From the sequence record NZ_CP138856.1: DNA of 35,773 bases; one strand, 5' to 3'. The notes beneath the pieces are model-generated. The model was not told the DNA's origin. It ran no database searches and was given only the letters and a program-made list of their open reading frames with translations. Origin of the DNA: a plasmid. Both the position numbers and the translations under genes were made by a program. Positions 25,137-35,606 of this stretch are shown here, in pieces (within the stretch, counting starts at the first letter, position 1; every line of letters starts with the position of its first letter).

Positions 25137-25580
25137 AAGACTTATCTACCAGCATGTTTAGCATTTACAGTAAACTGTACAACTGTATGCCTGTAAAGCT
25201 CACCTATTCTCTTAATATGAGCGAATGCTGAGATGCCGCAGGACGCCTTTCGTGCTGCAAATGTGCCAGAGAGATTTCACAGAGAGATTTCTTCGGCAAC
25301 TGACTTTTCGTCTTGGAGGGCACCAGAAAGTGTGAAAAGCGTTGGCAGGGGCGCCGCCGGGAACCGGCGGTCGGGGTCGGAGGTCTAAGAGACCGTGGCG
25401 TTGATTCTGGATACCGATGACGAGATTTTCATCGCGGCGGACGCCGCGGACATGGCGAAGCAGCTTGTCGGCCTCCTCTACGGCGGGTGAGGCACAGCAG
25501 AGCGTCGCTCCCGTGCCGAACGACGCCATCAAGATCATCTCCGGCCCCGCGAAGCTGGACGAGACGAAGGAGTGAGGACC

Positions 25581-26129
25581 ATGTCCGACCAGAACATCAA
25601 CATCAAGCTCGACCGCGGCGGCCCCGAGAACCACGCCTGGACGGTGCTGGGCACCCTGCTCGCCTGCGGCGCTGTCGGCATGGCCGCCTGGGCGATCTCC
25701 AACGCCGGAGCCCTGGACCTGGCTGCGACCGGCCTGTTTTTCTTCTTCATGCAGCTCATCTCGATGATGCTCAAGGCGGGGCTGATTGTCGTCCCGGAGA
25801 AGAACCGGAAGGACTTCGGCGAGACGCGCGGCCTGCTCAAGACCGCCTGGCGCGAGTTCCAGGAGTTCCAGGGCCGCTCGCCCATCTGGCGGATGGCGCT
25901 GCTGGCGCTCGGCTTCACCGTCGGCTACATGATCTTCCGCTGGGGACTCTCGGTGGCGCTCGGCATCTTCAGCAACGTCTGGATCGCCGGAGCCGCCTCG
26001 GCGCTCATCGCGTCCTTCATCGTCGCGCCGCAGCTGTTCACGAACCTGGTCTCGAAGATGAAGACGAAGTCGGGCCTCCAGGTGAAGACGACCACTGGTA
26101 CGCCCGATGCCGAGAGGGGTGACGTCTGA
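25581..26129 (+). CDS. Hypothetical membrane protein (copy 2; synonymous SNP at 25787)
   Basis: Duplicate of 10348..10896. Confidence 0.5.
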   Translation: MSDQNINIKLDRGGPENHAWTVLGTLLACGAVGMAAWAISNAGALDLAATGLFFFFMQLISMMLKAGLIVVPEKNRKDFGETRGLLKTAWREFQEFQGRSPIWRMALLALGFTVGYMIFRWGLSVALGIFSNVWIAGAASALIASFIVAPQLFTNLVSKMKTKSGLQVKTTTGTPDAERGDV

Positions 26130-26746
26130 TGACGAAGGCGGCGATCACGACCATCGGCGCAGCACTGCTGGCCGCCGCTGCTCTCGCGCTCAGCGGGTGC
26201 AGCTACCCCGGCGACGACGAGGACCGCGCCGCGTTCCATGCCGAAGCGCAGGATCCAGTCCCCTCGGCACCGGCTACCGAGCCTACCGAGCCGGAGACCC
26301 CGGCCGAGGAGACCGGCGACGAGAGCACCGAGGAAGGCGGCCAGGGCGAGAAGTCGGGCGCAACCGCGGACCTGGGCGTCGAGGACGGGCATGTCCAGTA
26401 TCTCCGCGCGATCCAGAACTTCTCGCCCGCGCTTGAGCGCTGGGTGCTCGACGAGGAGGCGGGCGAGGTCACCTACGGGATCGTCAACTGCGCCGGCCAG
26501 ACGAAGTCCGAGGGCGTCGCCACCCTCGAGCGGGTCGACGGCGGCGATGGAGCAGCGTTCGAGGCGACGTGGATCGGCAAGTCGCCGTTGGAGAACGTCG
26601 CGGCGGAATCGATACGCGTCGAGATCACCGAGGACACTTTGAAGAACTTCGCGGACGTTGCGACGTCCAGGACCGACATCGAGGCGAGCAACGTCGCTTC
26701 GATGTGCGCCGAGGTCGGCGAGACAGCCGCCGACTTCGTCTTCTGA
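26129..26746 (+). CDS. Putative lipoprotein (copy 2)
   Basis: Duplicate of 10896..11513. Confidence 0.55.
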   Translation: MTKAAITTIGAALLAAAALALSGCSYPGDDEDRAAFHAEAQDPVPSAPATEPTEPETPAEETGDESTEEGGQGEKSGATADLGVEDGHVQYLRAIQNFSPALERWVLDEEAGEVTYGIVNCAGQTKSEGVATLERVDGGDGAAFEATWIGKSPLENVAAESIRVEITEDTLKNFADVATSRTDIEASNVASMCAEVGETAADFVF

Positions 26747-26956
26747 GAATGACCACAAGAACGCCCCCAGATCTACTCCGGGACCTTCTCCGCGCGAGCA
26801 GGGTCGGACGCGACTCGGGAACAATGGTGCCGTGGCAGATTTCGACCTCCTCTGCGCGGCGCTTGTCTCCGCCCCGAAGACACCATCGAAGGTCTCGTCG
26901 CGGACGTTCCGAAGCTCCGGCACGACGAAGCCTGATCGTCGTCGTCCCGAGAAGAT

Positions 26957-27622
26957 CTAGGCTCGTCCGGCGCGAAGGGCGATGAGGGCTGCTTCTACGC
27001 GGTTGCGCGCTTCAGTCTTCCGCAGGATCGCGGAAACGTGCACCTTGACGGTGCCGGGAGCGAGGTGCAGCGCTTTCGCGATCTCAGCGTTCGTCTCTCC
27101 TTGGCTGAGCCGGATCAGAATCTCTCGCTCGCGAGCCGTGAGGCGTTCGAAGCGTTCGACGGCGCTCGCGTACTGGGTGTACGTCGTCGAGACGCCGGAG
27201 TCGAGCAGACGCCGGGCGACCGAGGGCGAGAAGAACGCTCCGCGACCGGCGACGGCGTGCACACCGGCGATCAGCTGGCGCGGATCGCCGGACTTGAGGA
27301 CAAACCCGTCTGCGTCGAGCCGGATGGCCTCGGCGATGTAGTCGTCCTCCCCGAACGTGGTGACGAACAGGCAGGGGAGCGCGCTCCCGTCGGAGCGGAG
27401 CCGTTGCAGCGCGTCGAGTCCGCTCATCCCGGGCATCTGGATGTCGAAGAGGGCGACGTCGAGACGGTGCGCGTCGATCTTGCGCAGGGCCTCTGCTCCG
27501 TCGGCGGCCTGGGCTACGACCTCGATGGCGGGATCGGTGTCGAGGATCCCGACGATGCCGGTCCTCACGAGGGGGTCGTCGTCGGCGACCAGGACTCTGA
27601 CCGGGGCCTCGGTCGCTGTCAT
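26957..27622 (-). CDS. NarL/LuxR response regulator (copy 2; stop codon TAG instead of TGA)
   Basis: Duplicate of 11723..12388, with a 1-bp indel at the stop codon. Confidence 0.85.
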   Translation of the reverse strand: MTATEAPVRVLVADDDPLVRTGIVGILDTDPAIEVVAQAADGAEALRKIDAHRLDVALFDIQMPGMSGLDALQRLRSDGSALPCLFVTTFGEDDYIAEAIRLDADGFVLKSGDPRQLIAGVHAVAGRGAFFSPSVARRLLDSGVSTTYTQYASAVERFERLTAREREILIRLSQGETNAEIAKALHLAPGTVKVHVSAILRKTEARNRVEAALIALRAGRA

Positions 27623-29020
27623 CGTTGTCCTCCTGCGATGTACTCGGTGCTGGAGACCTCGTCCTGCGCGAAGCAGATCCGGTACACGTCCCCGGCAGCG
27701 TCGTCAAAGGTGTTCGCGGTCACGGCGTAGTCGTGGCAGTCGTCCGGTCGGTTCTCGCCCCGCCTGGCCGGCAGCTCGTGGCCGGGCAGGATCCGCTCGG
27801 TCTCCGCCCGCGCGTCTCCGACGCTGATGCTTGAGAAGGCCCCTGCCGACAGCAGCGCGCGGTGGTTCTGCACCACCGTCAGCGCCTCGACCGCTGCGAG
27901 CCCGACGACGACGATCGCCGCGGTCGAGGCGAGAATCAGTCGCTGGCGGAGCTTCGTTCTGCCGGTCGAGCTCTCATCGACGTCTCTCGTCGCCTCCACA
28001 GCGCGATCATCGTGCGTGCTCTGCTCCTGACGGCGAGTCGGGAGGACCGCAGAGAGGACGAACGCACTGTCCGTCTTCTCCGCGGCGAGTTCTCCGCCGT
28101 GGGCGCGGAGCTCACTTTCCAAAGTGCTCAGGCCCGTGCCCGCTGTGTGCGCGTCGGCAGGAGTCTCGCCGAGGGCGTTCTCGATCTTCAGACGCAGCTC
28201 GGCACCGACGTCGGCAGCGGTGATGTCGATCGGGGTGCCGGGAGCGTGCCTGCTTGCGTTCGTGATCGCTTCTTGTAGGACCCTCGTGACCTGCTCGCCT
28301 CCGAAGTCCTGCAGCCGCCTGGGTTCCGGCAGTCCTTGCACGGTGATGCGCGCACCGGCTGCGCGGGCCCGGGCCAGCAGTGCATCGACAGATGCTGCGC
28401 CCATTGGCAGCACGGGAGCGCCGGATTCTGAGGTCGGAGACGGAGTCCCCCAGGCGTTCGACCGCGTGGGCGAGGTCGTTGCGGGCGTGTAAGAGCGAGG
28501 TGCGGGCGCTCTCGGGCAGTGCCGGGTCGATCTCGAGCCGTCCGAGATTGAGCGCGACGAGGCTCAACGAGTGGCCGAGGTCGTCGTGCAGCGACTGCGC
28601 GAGGGCGATCCGGTCGGCGGTGGCGCGCTCCTTGAGCTCGGCCAGGCGCTGGACCTGCCGCAGCTCTCGCTCGCGGTCTGCCCTCCGCCCGAGGACGATG
28701 TACTGGCGCACGGCGAGACCGATCAGCCAGGGCACACCAGCGCGCATGAGCGCCGGGGGCAACTCCTCCGCGACGTAGAGCCAGTGCCCGTCGAGCCACG
28801 TGGCCCGGGCCATGCTCACGACGACCAGCACTGCCAGTCCTCCCAGGCCCGCGCGCGGACCCCTGGACCAGAGCCCGATTGCGATCGCGGCGATGCCGGT
28901 GAGCAGGGCCATGAAGAGGCCCGGCTCCGGCGCGGAGGCCAGCACCCCGAAACCGATCGCCGTTAGCGCGTCGACGCTCCGGCGCGCAGACGGACGATCA
29001 ATTAGGGTCATGCGCTCCAT
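27619..29020 (-). pseudogene. NarL-type histidine kinase with the same frameshift and C-terminal extension (copy 2)
   Basis: Duplicate of 12385..13786. The frameshift is present in both copies. Confidence 0.6.
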
Positions 29021-29145
29021 TCTACCGGGGACCGTGGGCTCGCCGCCTCCCTCGATCGGGCGTGCGCAGCACCTCGCCGGTATGACCGTGGGCATAGACG
29101 AGTCGCCCCGCATGGCAGATTCTGAGGCCGAACCGCGTCCATAGC

Positions 29146-29865
29146 GTGGATTTCATGACTCACGAAACTTCGACGCGCACGCTTTCGACGTCGCGCAGAT
29201 CCTCGTCCCGCCCCGTGCCGTGGCCCGCGCTGTTGATTGCCGTCGCAGCTCTTGCTGCCCTCGCTCTCGCGACGTATCCGGTGCGTGAGCGCCTCTTCAC
29301 CGCTGTCGCCGGTCTCGCCGAGGGCTCGGCACTGGCCTCGGCGGTGGGATCCGTGGCCGAATTCGGTCTGCTTGCCCTCGTGGCGACCGCCGGCGTCCTC
29401 GCTCTCTGGTGCTGGCTGCGCGAGCGCCGGCGGTTCTGGCTCCTGGCGCTGGCTGGACTCGGCGTGATCACGGCCTACGGATTGAGCGAGGCCGTCAAGC
29501 TGCTGGTCGAGGAGCCGCGGCCCTGCAGCGTCGTCGACACTGCCACTGTGCTCAGCTGCCCCGGGAGCGGGGACTGGTCGTGGCCGTCGAATCACGCCGT
29601 CCTGGCCGCTGCCTTCGCCACCGCCTGCATCCTCGTCGTCCCCCGCCTCGCCTGGTTCGCGTTGCCTCTCGCGCTGGCGATCGCCGCCTCTCGAGTGGCC
29701 GCCGGAGTCCACTACGTCCACGACGTGCTCTCCGGTCTCGCGCTCGGTGCCCTCGTCGTCGCGGCCGTCGTCGCCGCGGCGTCGCCGGTGCTGGACCGGC
29801 GTCTGACTGGCGGACGGGACGGCCATCCGGATTCGGCCAGCCGGTCCCAGGGCGGGCGCGCATGA
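29146..29865 (+). CDS. PAP2-family (BcrC-like) phosphatase (copy 2)
   Basis: Duplicate of 13912..14631. Confidence 0.75.
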   Translation: MDFMTHETSTRTLSTSRRSSSRPVPWPALLIAVAALAALALATYPVRERLFTAVAGLAEGSALASAVGSVAEFGLLALVATAGVLALWCWLRERRRFWLLALAGLGVITAYGLSEAVKLLVEEPRPCSVVDTATVLSCPGSGDWSWPSNHAVLAAAFATACILVVPRLAWFALPLALAIAASRVAAGVHYVHDVLSGLALGALVVAAVVAAASPVLDRRLTGGRDGHPDSASRSQGGRA

Positions 29866-30788
29866 TCGAGGTCGACCGTCTCTCGAAGCGCTACGGCCAG
29901 GTGACCGTTGTTGAAGGATTGAGCTTCACGGTCCCCGACGGATCCATCACCGGGTTCCTAGGCCCGAACGGAGCCGGCAAGTCCACGACCATGCGATGCC
30001 TCCTCGGGCTCCACAAGCCCACCACCGGAACCGTGCTCATCGACGGGCTCCCGCTGACCGCCCAGACGAGGCCGGCCGAGGTCGTCGGAGCCGTCCTCGA
30101 CGCCTCCTGGTTCCACCCCGGCCGGACCGGACTGGCGCACCTGACGACCATCGCTGCTTCTGCCGGCCTACCCGACCGCCGCGCCTGGGAGGTACTCGAG
30201 GCCGTCGCGTTGACCCAGGCAGCTCATCGCAGGATCGGCGGCTACTCGCTCGGGATGAAGCAGCGCCTGGGGCTCGCGGCCGCCCTGCTGGGCAGACCGC
30301 GCAACATCGTCCTCGACGAGCCGATGAATGGCCTCGACCCGCAGGGGATGGAGTGGATGCGCGCCTTCCTGCGCGATGCCGCCGCGAGCGGCCACGCCGT
30401 CCTTGTCTCCTCCCACCTGCTCGGCGAGATGGAGACCCTCGCCGACCGCCTCGTCGTCATCGACAACGGCCGCTTGCTCGGCCAGTGGGACGTCGCCGAT
30501 CTTCTGCACGCGCGCAGCCGCCAAGCGCTCCTCCGCACCGACGACGACGAACGCGTCGAGCAGGCTCTGCGCGGACTGCGGGTCCCCGTAACCGCACTGC
30601 CCGAGGGACTCTGCGTGACATTCGACGAGACGGTCCCCGACGCGCTCACGCTCTCGCGGACCTGCCGAGACCTCGACGTGCTCATCACTGCCCTGACGGA
30701 CAAGCCGATCCGGCTGGAAGAGGAATTCCTCCGCCTCACCGACCGATCATCCGAAGCCGAACATGGCAAAGAAAGGCCCGAGCGATGA
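29862..30788 (+). CDS. ABC transporter ATP-binding protein, intact copy, 308 aa
   Basis: Walker A (GPNGAGKST), signature (YSLGMKQRL), Walker B (IVLDEP) and H-loop all lie in one frame. Stop overlaps the permease ATG. Confidence 0.85.
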   Translation: MIEVDRLSKRYGQVTVVEGLSFTVPDGSITGFLGPNGAGKSTTMRCLLGLHKPTTGTVLIDGLPLTAQTRPAEVVGAVLDASWFHPGRTGLAHLTTIAASAGLPDRRAWEVLEAVALTQAAHRRIGGYSLGMKQRLGLAAALLGRPRNIVLDEPMNGLDPQGMEWMRAFLRDAAASGHAVLVSSHLLGEMETLADRLVVIDNGRLLGQWDVADLLHARSRQALLRTDDDERVEQALRGLRVPVTALPEGLCVTFDETVPDALTLSRTCRDLDVLITALTDKPIRLEEEFLRLTDRSSEAEHGKERPER

Positions 30789-31516
30789 CACGAGCATTGA
30801 CAGCTGAGGTGCGCCGACTGCTCACCGTGCGCTCCACAGGCATCTTCGCTGCGCTGCTGATCGGCTGCTGCGTCGGCCCCATCGTCCTGATGGGCATCGT
30901 CTACGACCCGGCCTATCGAGGGCCGATCGACGCCGGTGATCTGGGCAAGTGCGTGAGCATCTTCCATGTGCTGGCCATCGTGTTCGCCGGCACACACACC
31001 GCGACCGAGATCAATGCGGGGTCGACGGCGCTGTCCTTCCTCACGCAGAAGAGTCGATGGGCCTCGTTGGTGGCACAGGCAGCGGTCCAGTGGGCGTTCC
31101 TCGCATTCGCGTACGTCGTCGGCATCGGCCTCGCGCTCGTCGCGGCGACGTTCTATCCCGACGGGCTGGCCATGTCGCCGCGAGGGTGGGCCTACCTCGC
31201 GGCCTACCTCCTCGTCGTTCTCCTGTGGGCGACGATGGCGACGGCGCTTGCCGTCCTCACGCGCTCCGTCGCGGTGTCCGTCGCCGCGCCGATCACGTGG
31301 ATGCTCCTGATCGAACAGCTCGCGTCCATGGTCCCGATGCTCGAGGCGATCACGCCGTGGCTGCCGTTCAACGCCAGCCACATGCTCCTCGCCCAGGCAC
31401 TTGGAGAGGCCCCTGCAGGCATGTCCGTGTGGCCTCCTGCCGTCGCGCTTCTCGTACCGGCACTCGGCCTGGCGGGCGCGGGGCTATGTGCCCATGTCCG
31501 ACGGGACTCGGCGTGA
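30785..31516 (+). CDS. ABC-2 type permease (copy 2)
   Basis: Duplicate of 15549..16280. Confidence 0.65.
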   Translation: MTRALTAEVRRLLTVRSTGIFAALLIGCCVGPIVLMGIVYDPAYRGPIDAGDLGKCVSIFHVLAIVFAGTHTATEINAGSTALSFLTQKSRWASLVAQAAVQWAFLAFAYVVGIGLALVAATFYPDGLAMSPRGWAYLAAYLLVVLLWATMATALAVLTRSVAVSVAAPITWMLLIEQLASMVPMLEAITPWLPFNASHMLLAQALGEAPAGMSVWPPAVALLVPALGLAGAGLCAHVRRDSA

Positions 31517-31710
31517 TGGGCAGGCCTGCGCCTCGCATCCGCCGCCCAAGACGGTTCGTGGCGTCGCAGGGCTGGGGCTGACTCACACCGCCGTTCAACA
31601 AACGGTCGTTGATGTGAACAGTGGTCCGGAGGAGCCGATCGCGAGCATTTCGCCGAGTGGGTGTTCACAAACCCGTTCAACTACATCTAGACTAGACAGA
31701 GGCAGTTGAA

Positions 31711-32551
31711 GGTGCTGTTGCAACTTGGGGCGGGAGCCAAGAAAGCTCCGTTTTTATTGTGTGATCAACGCTATGTTCCTGTGTTGTCAGGCCGTCTCGA
31801 ATACCCGGCTAACAATCACTGCATCCGGATTCGGGTGACCATAGGCAAACATCGTGCCCTGCCCCTTCCGCAATGAGTGCATCGCTTCCATCCCTTTCAA
31901 CGTCCGGTAGGCAGACGTTCGGTTTTTGAATGCTCCTTTCGGCCCCAGGATCCGCTTTAACCGGCCATGATCGCCTTCAATGACGTTGTTGAGGTATTTC
32001 ACCCGACGATGCTCGACCGTCGATGGACAGACGCCTTCCGCCTTCAGCTCAGAGATTGCCCTGGCGAGTGAGGGGGCCTTGTCGGTGCTGATCACCCGCG
32101 GATAGCCTGCCGATTTATTCGACCGTAGCGTCTTCGCCAGGAAACGCTTCGCTGCCGCGACGTTGCGTTTTGGTGAGAGGTAGAAGTCCAGGGTCTGGCC
32201 ACCGGCGGTGATTGCCCGATAGAGGTAGCACCACTTTCCCCCGACCCGGATATAGGTCTCATCCACCCGCCAGGACCTGGCCTGCCAGTCAGGAACTTGC
32301 CGATACCACCGGGTCTTCTTATCCAGCTCAGGAGCATATTTCTGGACCCAGCGGTAGATCGTGGTGTGATCGACCGGCACTCCCCGCTCGGTCATCATCT
32401 CTTCGAGGTCGCGATAGCTCACGCCGTAGCGGCAGTACCACCGCACCGCCCACAGGATGATTTCACGAGGGAACTGCCGACCGGAGAAGATGCCCATGGA
32501 CCTGATTATTCCACGCCGGTCTTCCTACTGCCCCAACTTTGCAACAGCACC
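31711..32551 (-). mobile_element. tnp: IS6-family IS (copy 2) with transposase 31787..32497
   Basis: Identical to 16475..17315. Confidence 0.8.
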
Positions 32552-32613
32552 AAAATATATCATCATGAACAATAAAACTGTCTGCTTACATAAACAGTAA
32601 TACAAGGGGTGTT

Positions 32614-33429
32614 ATGAGCCATATTCAACGGGAAACGTCTTGCTCGAGGCCGCGATTAAATTCCAACCTGGATGCTGATTTATATGGGTATAGATGGGCT
32701 CGCGATAATGTCGGGCAATCAGGTGCGACAATCTATCGATTGTATGGGAAGCCCAATGCGCCAGAGTTGTTTCTGAAACATGGCAAAGGTAGCGTTGCCA
32801 ATGATGTTACAGATGAGATGGTCAGACTAAACTGGCTGACGGCATTTATGCCTCTTCCGACCATCAAGCATTTTATCCGTACTCCTGATGATGCATGGTT
32901 ACTCACCACTGCGATCCCCGGGAAAACAGCATTCCAGGTATTAGAAGAATATCCTGATTCAGGTGAAAATATTGTTGATGCGCTGGCAGTGTTCCTGCGC
33001 CGGTTGCATTCGATTCCTGTTTGTAATTGTCCTTTTAACAGCGATCGCGTATTTCGTCTCGCTCAGGCGCAATCACGAATGAATAACGGTTTGGTTGATG
33101 CTAGTGATTTTGATGACGAGCGTAATGGCTGGCCTGTTGAACAAGTCTGGAAAGAAATGCATAAGCTTTTGCCATTCTCACCGGATTCAGTCGTCACTCA
33201 TGGTGATTTCTCACTTGATAACCTTATTTTTGACGAGGGGAAATTAATAGGTTGTATTGATGTTGGACGAGTCGGAATCGCAGACCGATACCAGGATCTT
33301 GCCATCCTATGGAACTGCCTCGGTGAGTTTTCTCCTTCATTACAGAAACGGCTTTTTCAAAAATATGGTATTGATAATCCTGATATGAATAAATTGCAGT
33401 TTCATTTGATGCTCGATGAGTTTTTCTGA
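32614..33429 (+). CDS. aph(3')-Ia: APH(3')-Ia (copy 2)
   Basis: Identical duplicate of 17378..18193. Confidence 0.95.
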   Translation: MSHIQRETSCSRPRLNSNLDADLYGYRWARDNVGQSGATIYRLYGKPNAPELFLKHGKGSVANDVTDEMVRLNWLTAFMPLPTIKHFIRTPDDAWLLTTAIPGKTAFQVLEEYPDSGENIVDALAVFLRRLHSIPVCNCPFNSDRVFRLAQAQSRMNNGLVDASDFDDERNGWPVEQVWKEMHKLLPFSPDSVVTHGDFSLDNLIFDEGKLIGCIDVGRVGIADRYQDLAILWNCLGEFSPSLQKRLFQKYGIDNPDMNKLQFHLMLDEFF

Positions 33430-33445
33430 TAGTTAGTCTTTGTAG

Positions 33446-34286
33446 GGTGCTGTTGCAACTTGGGGCGGGAGCCAAGAAAGCTCCGTTTTTATTGTGTGAT
33501 CAACGCTATGTTCCTGTGTTGTCAGGCCGTCTCGAATACCCGGCTAACAATCACTGCATCCGGATTCGGGTGACCATAGGCAAACATCGTGCCCTGCCCC
33601 TTCCGCAATGAGTGCATCGCTTCCATCCCTTTCAACGTCCGGTAGGCAGACGTTCGGTTTTTGAATGCTCCTTTCGGCCCCAGGATCCGCTTTAACCGGC
33701 CATGATCGCCTTCAATGACGTTGTTGAGGTATTTCACCCGACGATGCTCGACCGTCGATGGACAGACGCCTTCCGCCTTCAGCTCAGAGATTGCCCTGGC
33801 GAGTGAGGGGGCCTTGTCGGTGCTGATCACCCGCGGATAGCCTGCCGATTTATTCGACCGTAGCGTCTTCGCCAGGAAACGCTTCGCTGCCGCGACGTTG
33901 CGTTTTGGTGAGAGGTAGAAGTCCAGGGTCTGGCCACCGGCGGTGATTGCCCGATAGAGGTAGCACCACTTTCCCCCGACCCGGATATAGGTCTCATCCA
34001 CCCGCCAGGACCTGGCCTGCCAGTCAGGAACTTGCCGATACCACCGGGTCTTCTTATCCAGCTCAGGAGCATATTTCTGGACCCAGCGGTAGATCGTGGT
34101 GTGATCGACCGGCACTCCCCGCTCGGTCATCATCTCTTCGAGGTCGCGATAGCTCACGCCGTAGCGGCAGTACCACCGCACCGCCCACAGGATGATTTCA
34201 CGAGGGAACTGCCGACCGGAGAAGATGCCCATGGACCTGATTATTCCACGCCGGTCTTCCTACTGCCCCAACTTTGCAACAGCACC
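33446..34286 (-). mobile_element. tnp: IS6-family IS (copy 3) with transposase 33522..34232, in direct orientation with the other copies; closes a Tn4352-like IS–aphA1–IS composite transposon
   Basis: Full 841-bp element. Same inverted repeats at 33446 and 34266-34286. Confidence 0.8.
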
Positions 34287-34335
34287 GAAAATTATTCCAA
34301 CTAGTATTCCAGGAACTATATAGAGCATGGTTTCC

Positions 34336-34429
34336 CTTCTTCAGCTTCGAAGACAAGAGCATTGAAAACGAGTTTTACCGCATCATGCTAGCCGATATGT
34401 TTATAGAACATGACGATAAAGAGAACTAA
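34336..34429 (+). pseudogene. 3' remnant of a diverged (~90% identical) second copy of the ribbon-helix-helix gene (compare 9822..9903)
   Basis: ttcgaagacaagagcattgaaaacgagttttaccgcatcatgct… aligns with the 3' end of the gene at 9822..9903. The 5' part is absent. Confidence 0.55.
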
Positions 34430-34439
34430 AATACTCACC

Positions 34440-34545
34440 ACCAGCACGTTTAGTATTTACAGTAAACTGCATCTCCGTATGCCTGTAGACCTGTAAAGCA
34501 GTATTTACTGAAATCTGTAAAATGGTAGACGCAATGACGCATCCA
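34440..34545. repeat. parC/centromere-like repeat region upstream of parA (tttacagtaaactg, gtatgcctgta, cctgtaaagc, tatttactgaaatctgtaaaatgg)
   Basis: Homologous to 9905..9965. Multiple TGTAAA/TTTACA hexamer repeats. Confidence 0.45.
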
Positions 34546-34558
34546 CCTAGGAGAAGCC

Positions 34559-35149
34559 ATGATCATTACCGCCATTAACGCCAAAGGTGGCGTTGGCAAG
34601 ACCACTACAATGATGTTTCTCGCCACGGTTTTCGCCCACCGAGGAAAGACCGTGACTGTCACAGATTTAGACCGACAGGGCTCAGCTCTGGAATGGTCTG
34701 AACGCGCGGAAGACGGAGGCGATCCTTTACCATTTGAGGTCGAGCTGTCTATCCCTAAGCGCGTCGATAGACAAGCAGCACTCGTCGGAGACGATGAGTT
34801 CATGTTCATCGATGTCCCGCCAGGAGACGAGAACGCTATCGAAGCAGCAATCGCTGTCAGCGACTTCATTATCCTTCCAACCCGTTCTGCTGCAGCCGAC
34901 CTCTCCCGCGTGTGGGAATTGCGCGACGCAGTTAGCGGAACACCACATGCAGTCCTGCTGACGTTCGCCAGGAAGGGAACCAGCGCCCTTGATGCTGCAC
35001 GAGAAGCGCTTGATGCAGAACAAATGCCCCACTTTAAAACCGAAATCCCGCTACGCGAGGATATGCACCTTGCCTTTGGCTACTGCCCCGGCCCCGACAT
35101 GCATGGTTACGACAAGGTGGCCGACGAGATTATGGAGATGATGAAGTGA
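34559..35149 (+). CDS. parA: ParA-family partition ATPase (small type Ib), 196 aa
   Basis: Deviant Walker A (KGGVGKTT). RBS aggaga. Stop overlaps the start of the following ribbon-helix-helix gene. Confidence 0.85.
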   Translation: MIITAINAKGGVGKTTTMMFLATVFAHRGKTVTVTDLDRQGSALEWSERAEDGGDPLPFEVELSIPKRVDRQAALVGDDEFMFIDVPPGDENAIEAAIAVSDFIILPTRSAAADLSRVWELRDAVSGTPHAVLLTFARKGTSALDAAREALDAEQMPHFKTEIPLREDMHLAFGYCPGPDMHGYDKVADEIMEMMK

Positions 35150-35412
35150 CCACCAGCAAGGCGCGCGCACGCGCTCAACAAGGCCCGCGAACCTCGTCAA
35201 AGAAAACCGCAACGCCGACCTCGGCAGCGGAGAAGAAAACAGTACGAGGTGCATTCCATCAACCCACCGGCCGCGACTACGTCAAAAAGATGACCATCGA
35301 AATTGACCGCGACCTTCACGCAGAACTCAAAGTCATCGCCGCGCAAAAAGGCGTGACCATACGCGAGATTGTCAGCAACTACCTCGAAGAATACGTCCAC
35401 AACAATAAATAA
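35146..35412 (+). CDS. parG: ParG-like ribbon-helix-helix centromere-binding protein, 88 aa
   Basis: Basic disordered N-terminus and C-terminal ribbon-helix-helix (KKMTIEIDRDLHAELKVIAAQKGVTIREIV). GTG start overlaps the parA stop (GTGA). Confidence 0.6.
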   Translation: MTTSKARARAQQGPRTSSKKTATPTSAAEKKTVRGAFHQPTGRDYVKKMTIEIDRDLHAELKVIAAQKGVTIREIVSNYLEEYVHNNK

Positions 35413-35423
35413 AGGTTTACAGT

Positions 35424-35464
35424 CATACAGTAATACAGGTTTATGGCACCTGTATTACTGTATG
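35424..35464. repeat. 16-bp perfect inverted repeat (catacagtaatacagg / cctgtattactgtatg) downstream of parG
   Basis: Read directly. Contains the recurring gtatgcctgt-type motif. Candidate ParG/ribbon-helix-helix binding site or terminator. Confidence 0.5.
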
Positions 35465-35485
35465 CCTGTTGCTCTGGATAATTCG

Positions 35486-35552
35486 CCACCGTATGGGTAA
35501 ATCTGCGCACGCGTGACCTGGGGTTTCATTTCATGAGGGTAAATCTGCGCAG
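35486..35552 (+). repeat. Two 42-bp-spaced iteron-like direct repeats (gggtaaatctgcgcaNNNNtgacctg)
   Basis: 35486-35511 and 35528-35552. Typical of Rep-binding iterons, located upstream of rep if the molecule is circular. Confidence 0.45.
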
Positions 35553-35566
35553 CCTGACCTGTACAG

Positions 35567-35606
35567 CTGAAACTCGGTTACGTATGGCTTGCCATATGTC
35601 TAGCCA
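35567..35606. repeat. 14-bp perfect inverted repeat ggttacgtatggct-N12-agccatacgtaacc
   Basis: Read directly. A large hairpin or protein-binding palindrome in the putative origin region. Confidence 0.5.

Larger units (their letters stand above)
3004..33473. repeat. Tandem direct duplication: unit 1 = 3004..18236, unit 2 = 18237..33473 (~15.2 kb each, >99.9% identical)
   Basis: All ORFs 3236..18193 recur at +15233, +15234 or +15236. Differences found: SNP 10554c/25787t; 1-bp indel 11721-11727 vs 26954-26961; 2-bp indel 14834 vs 30068-30069. Confidence 0.9.
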
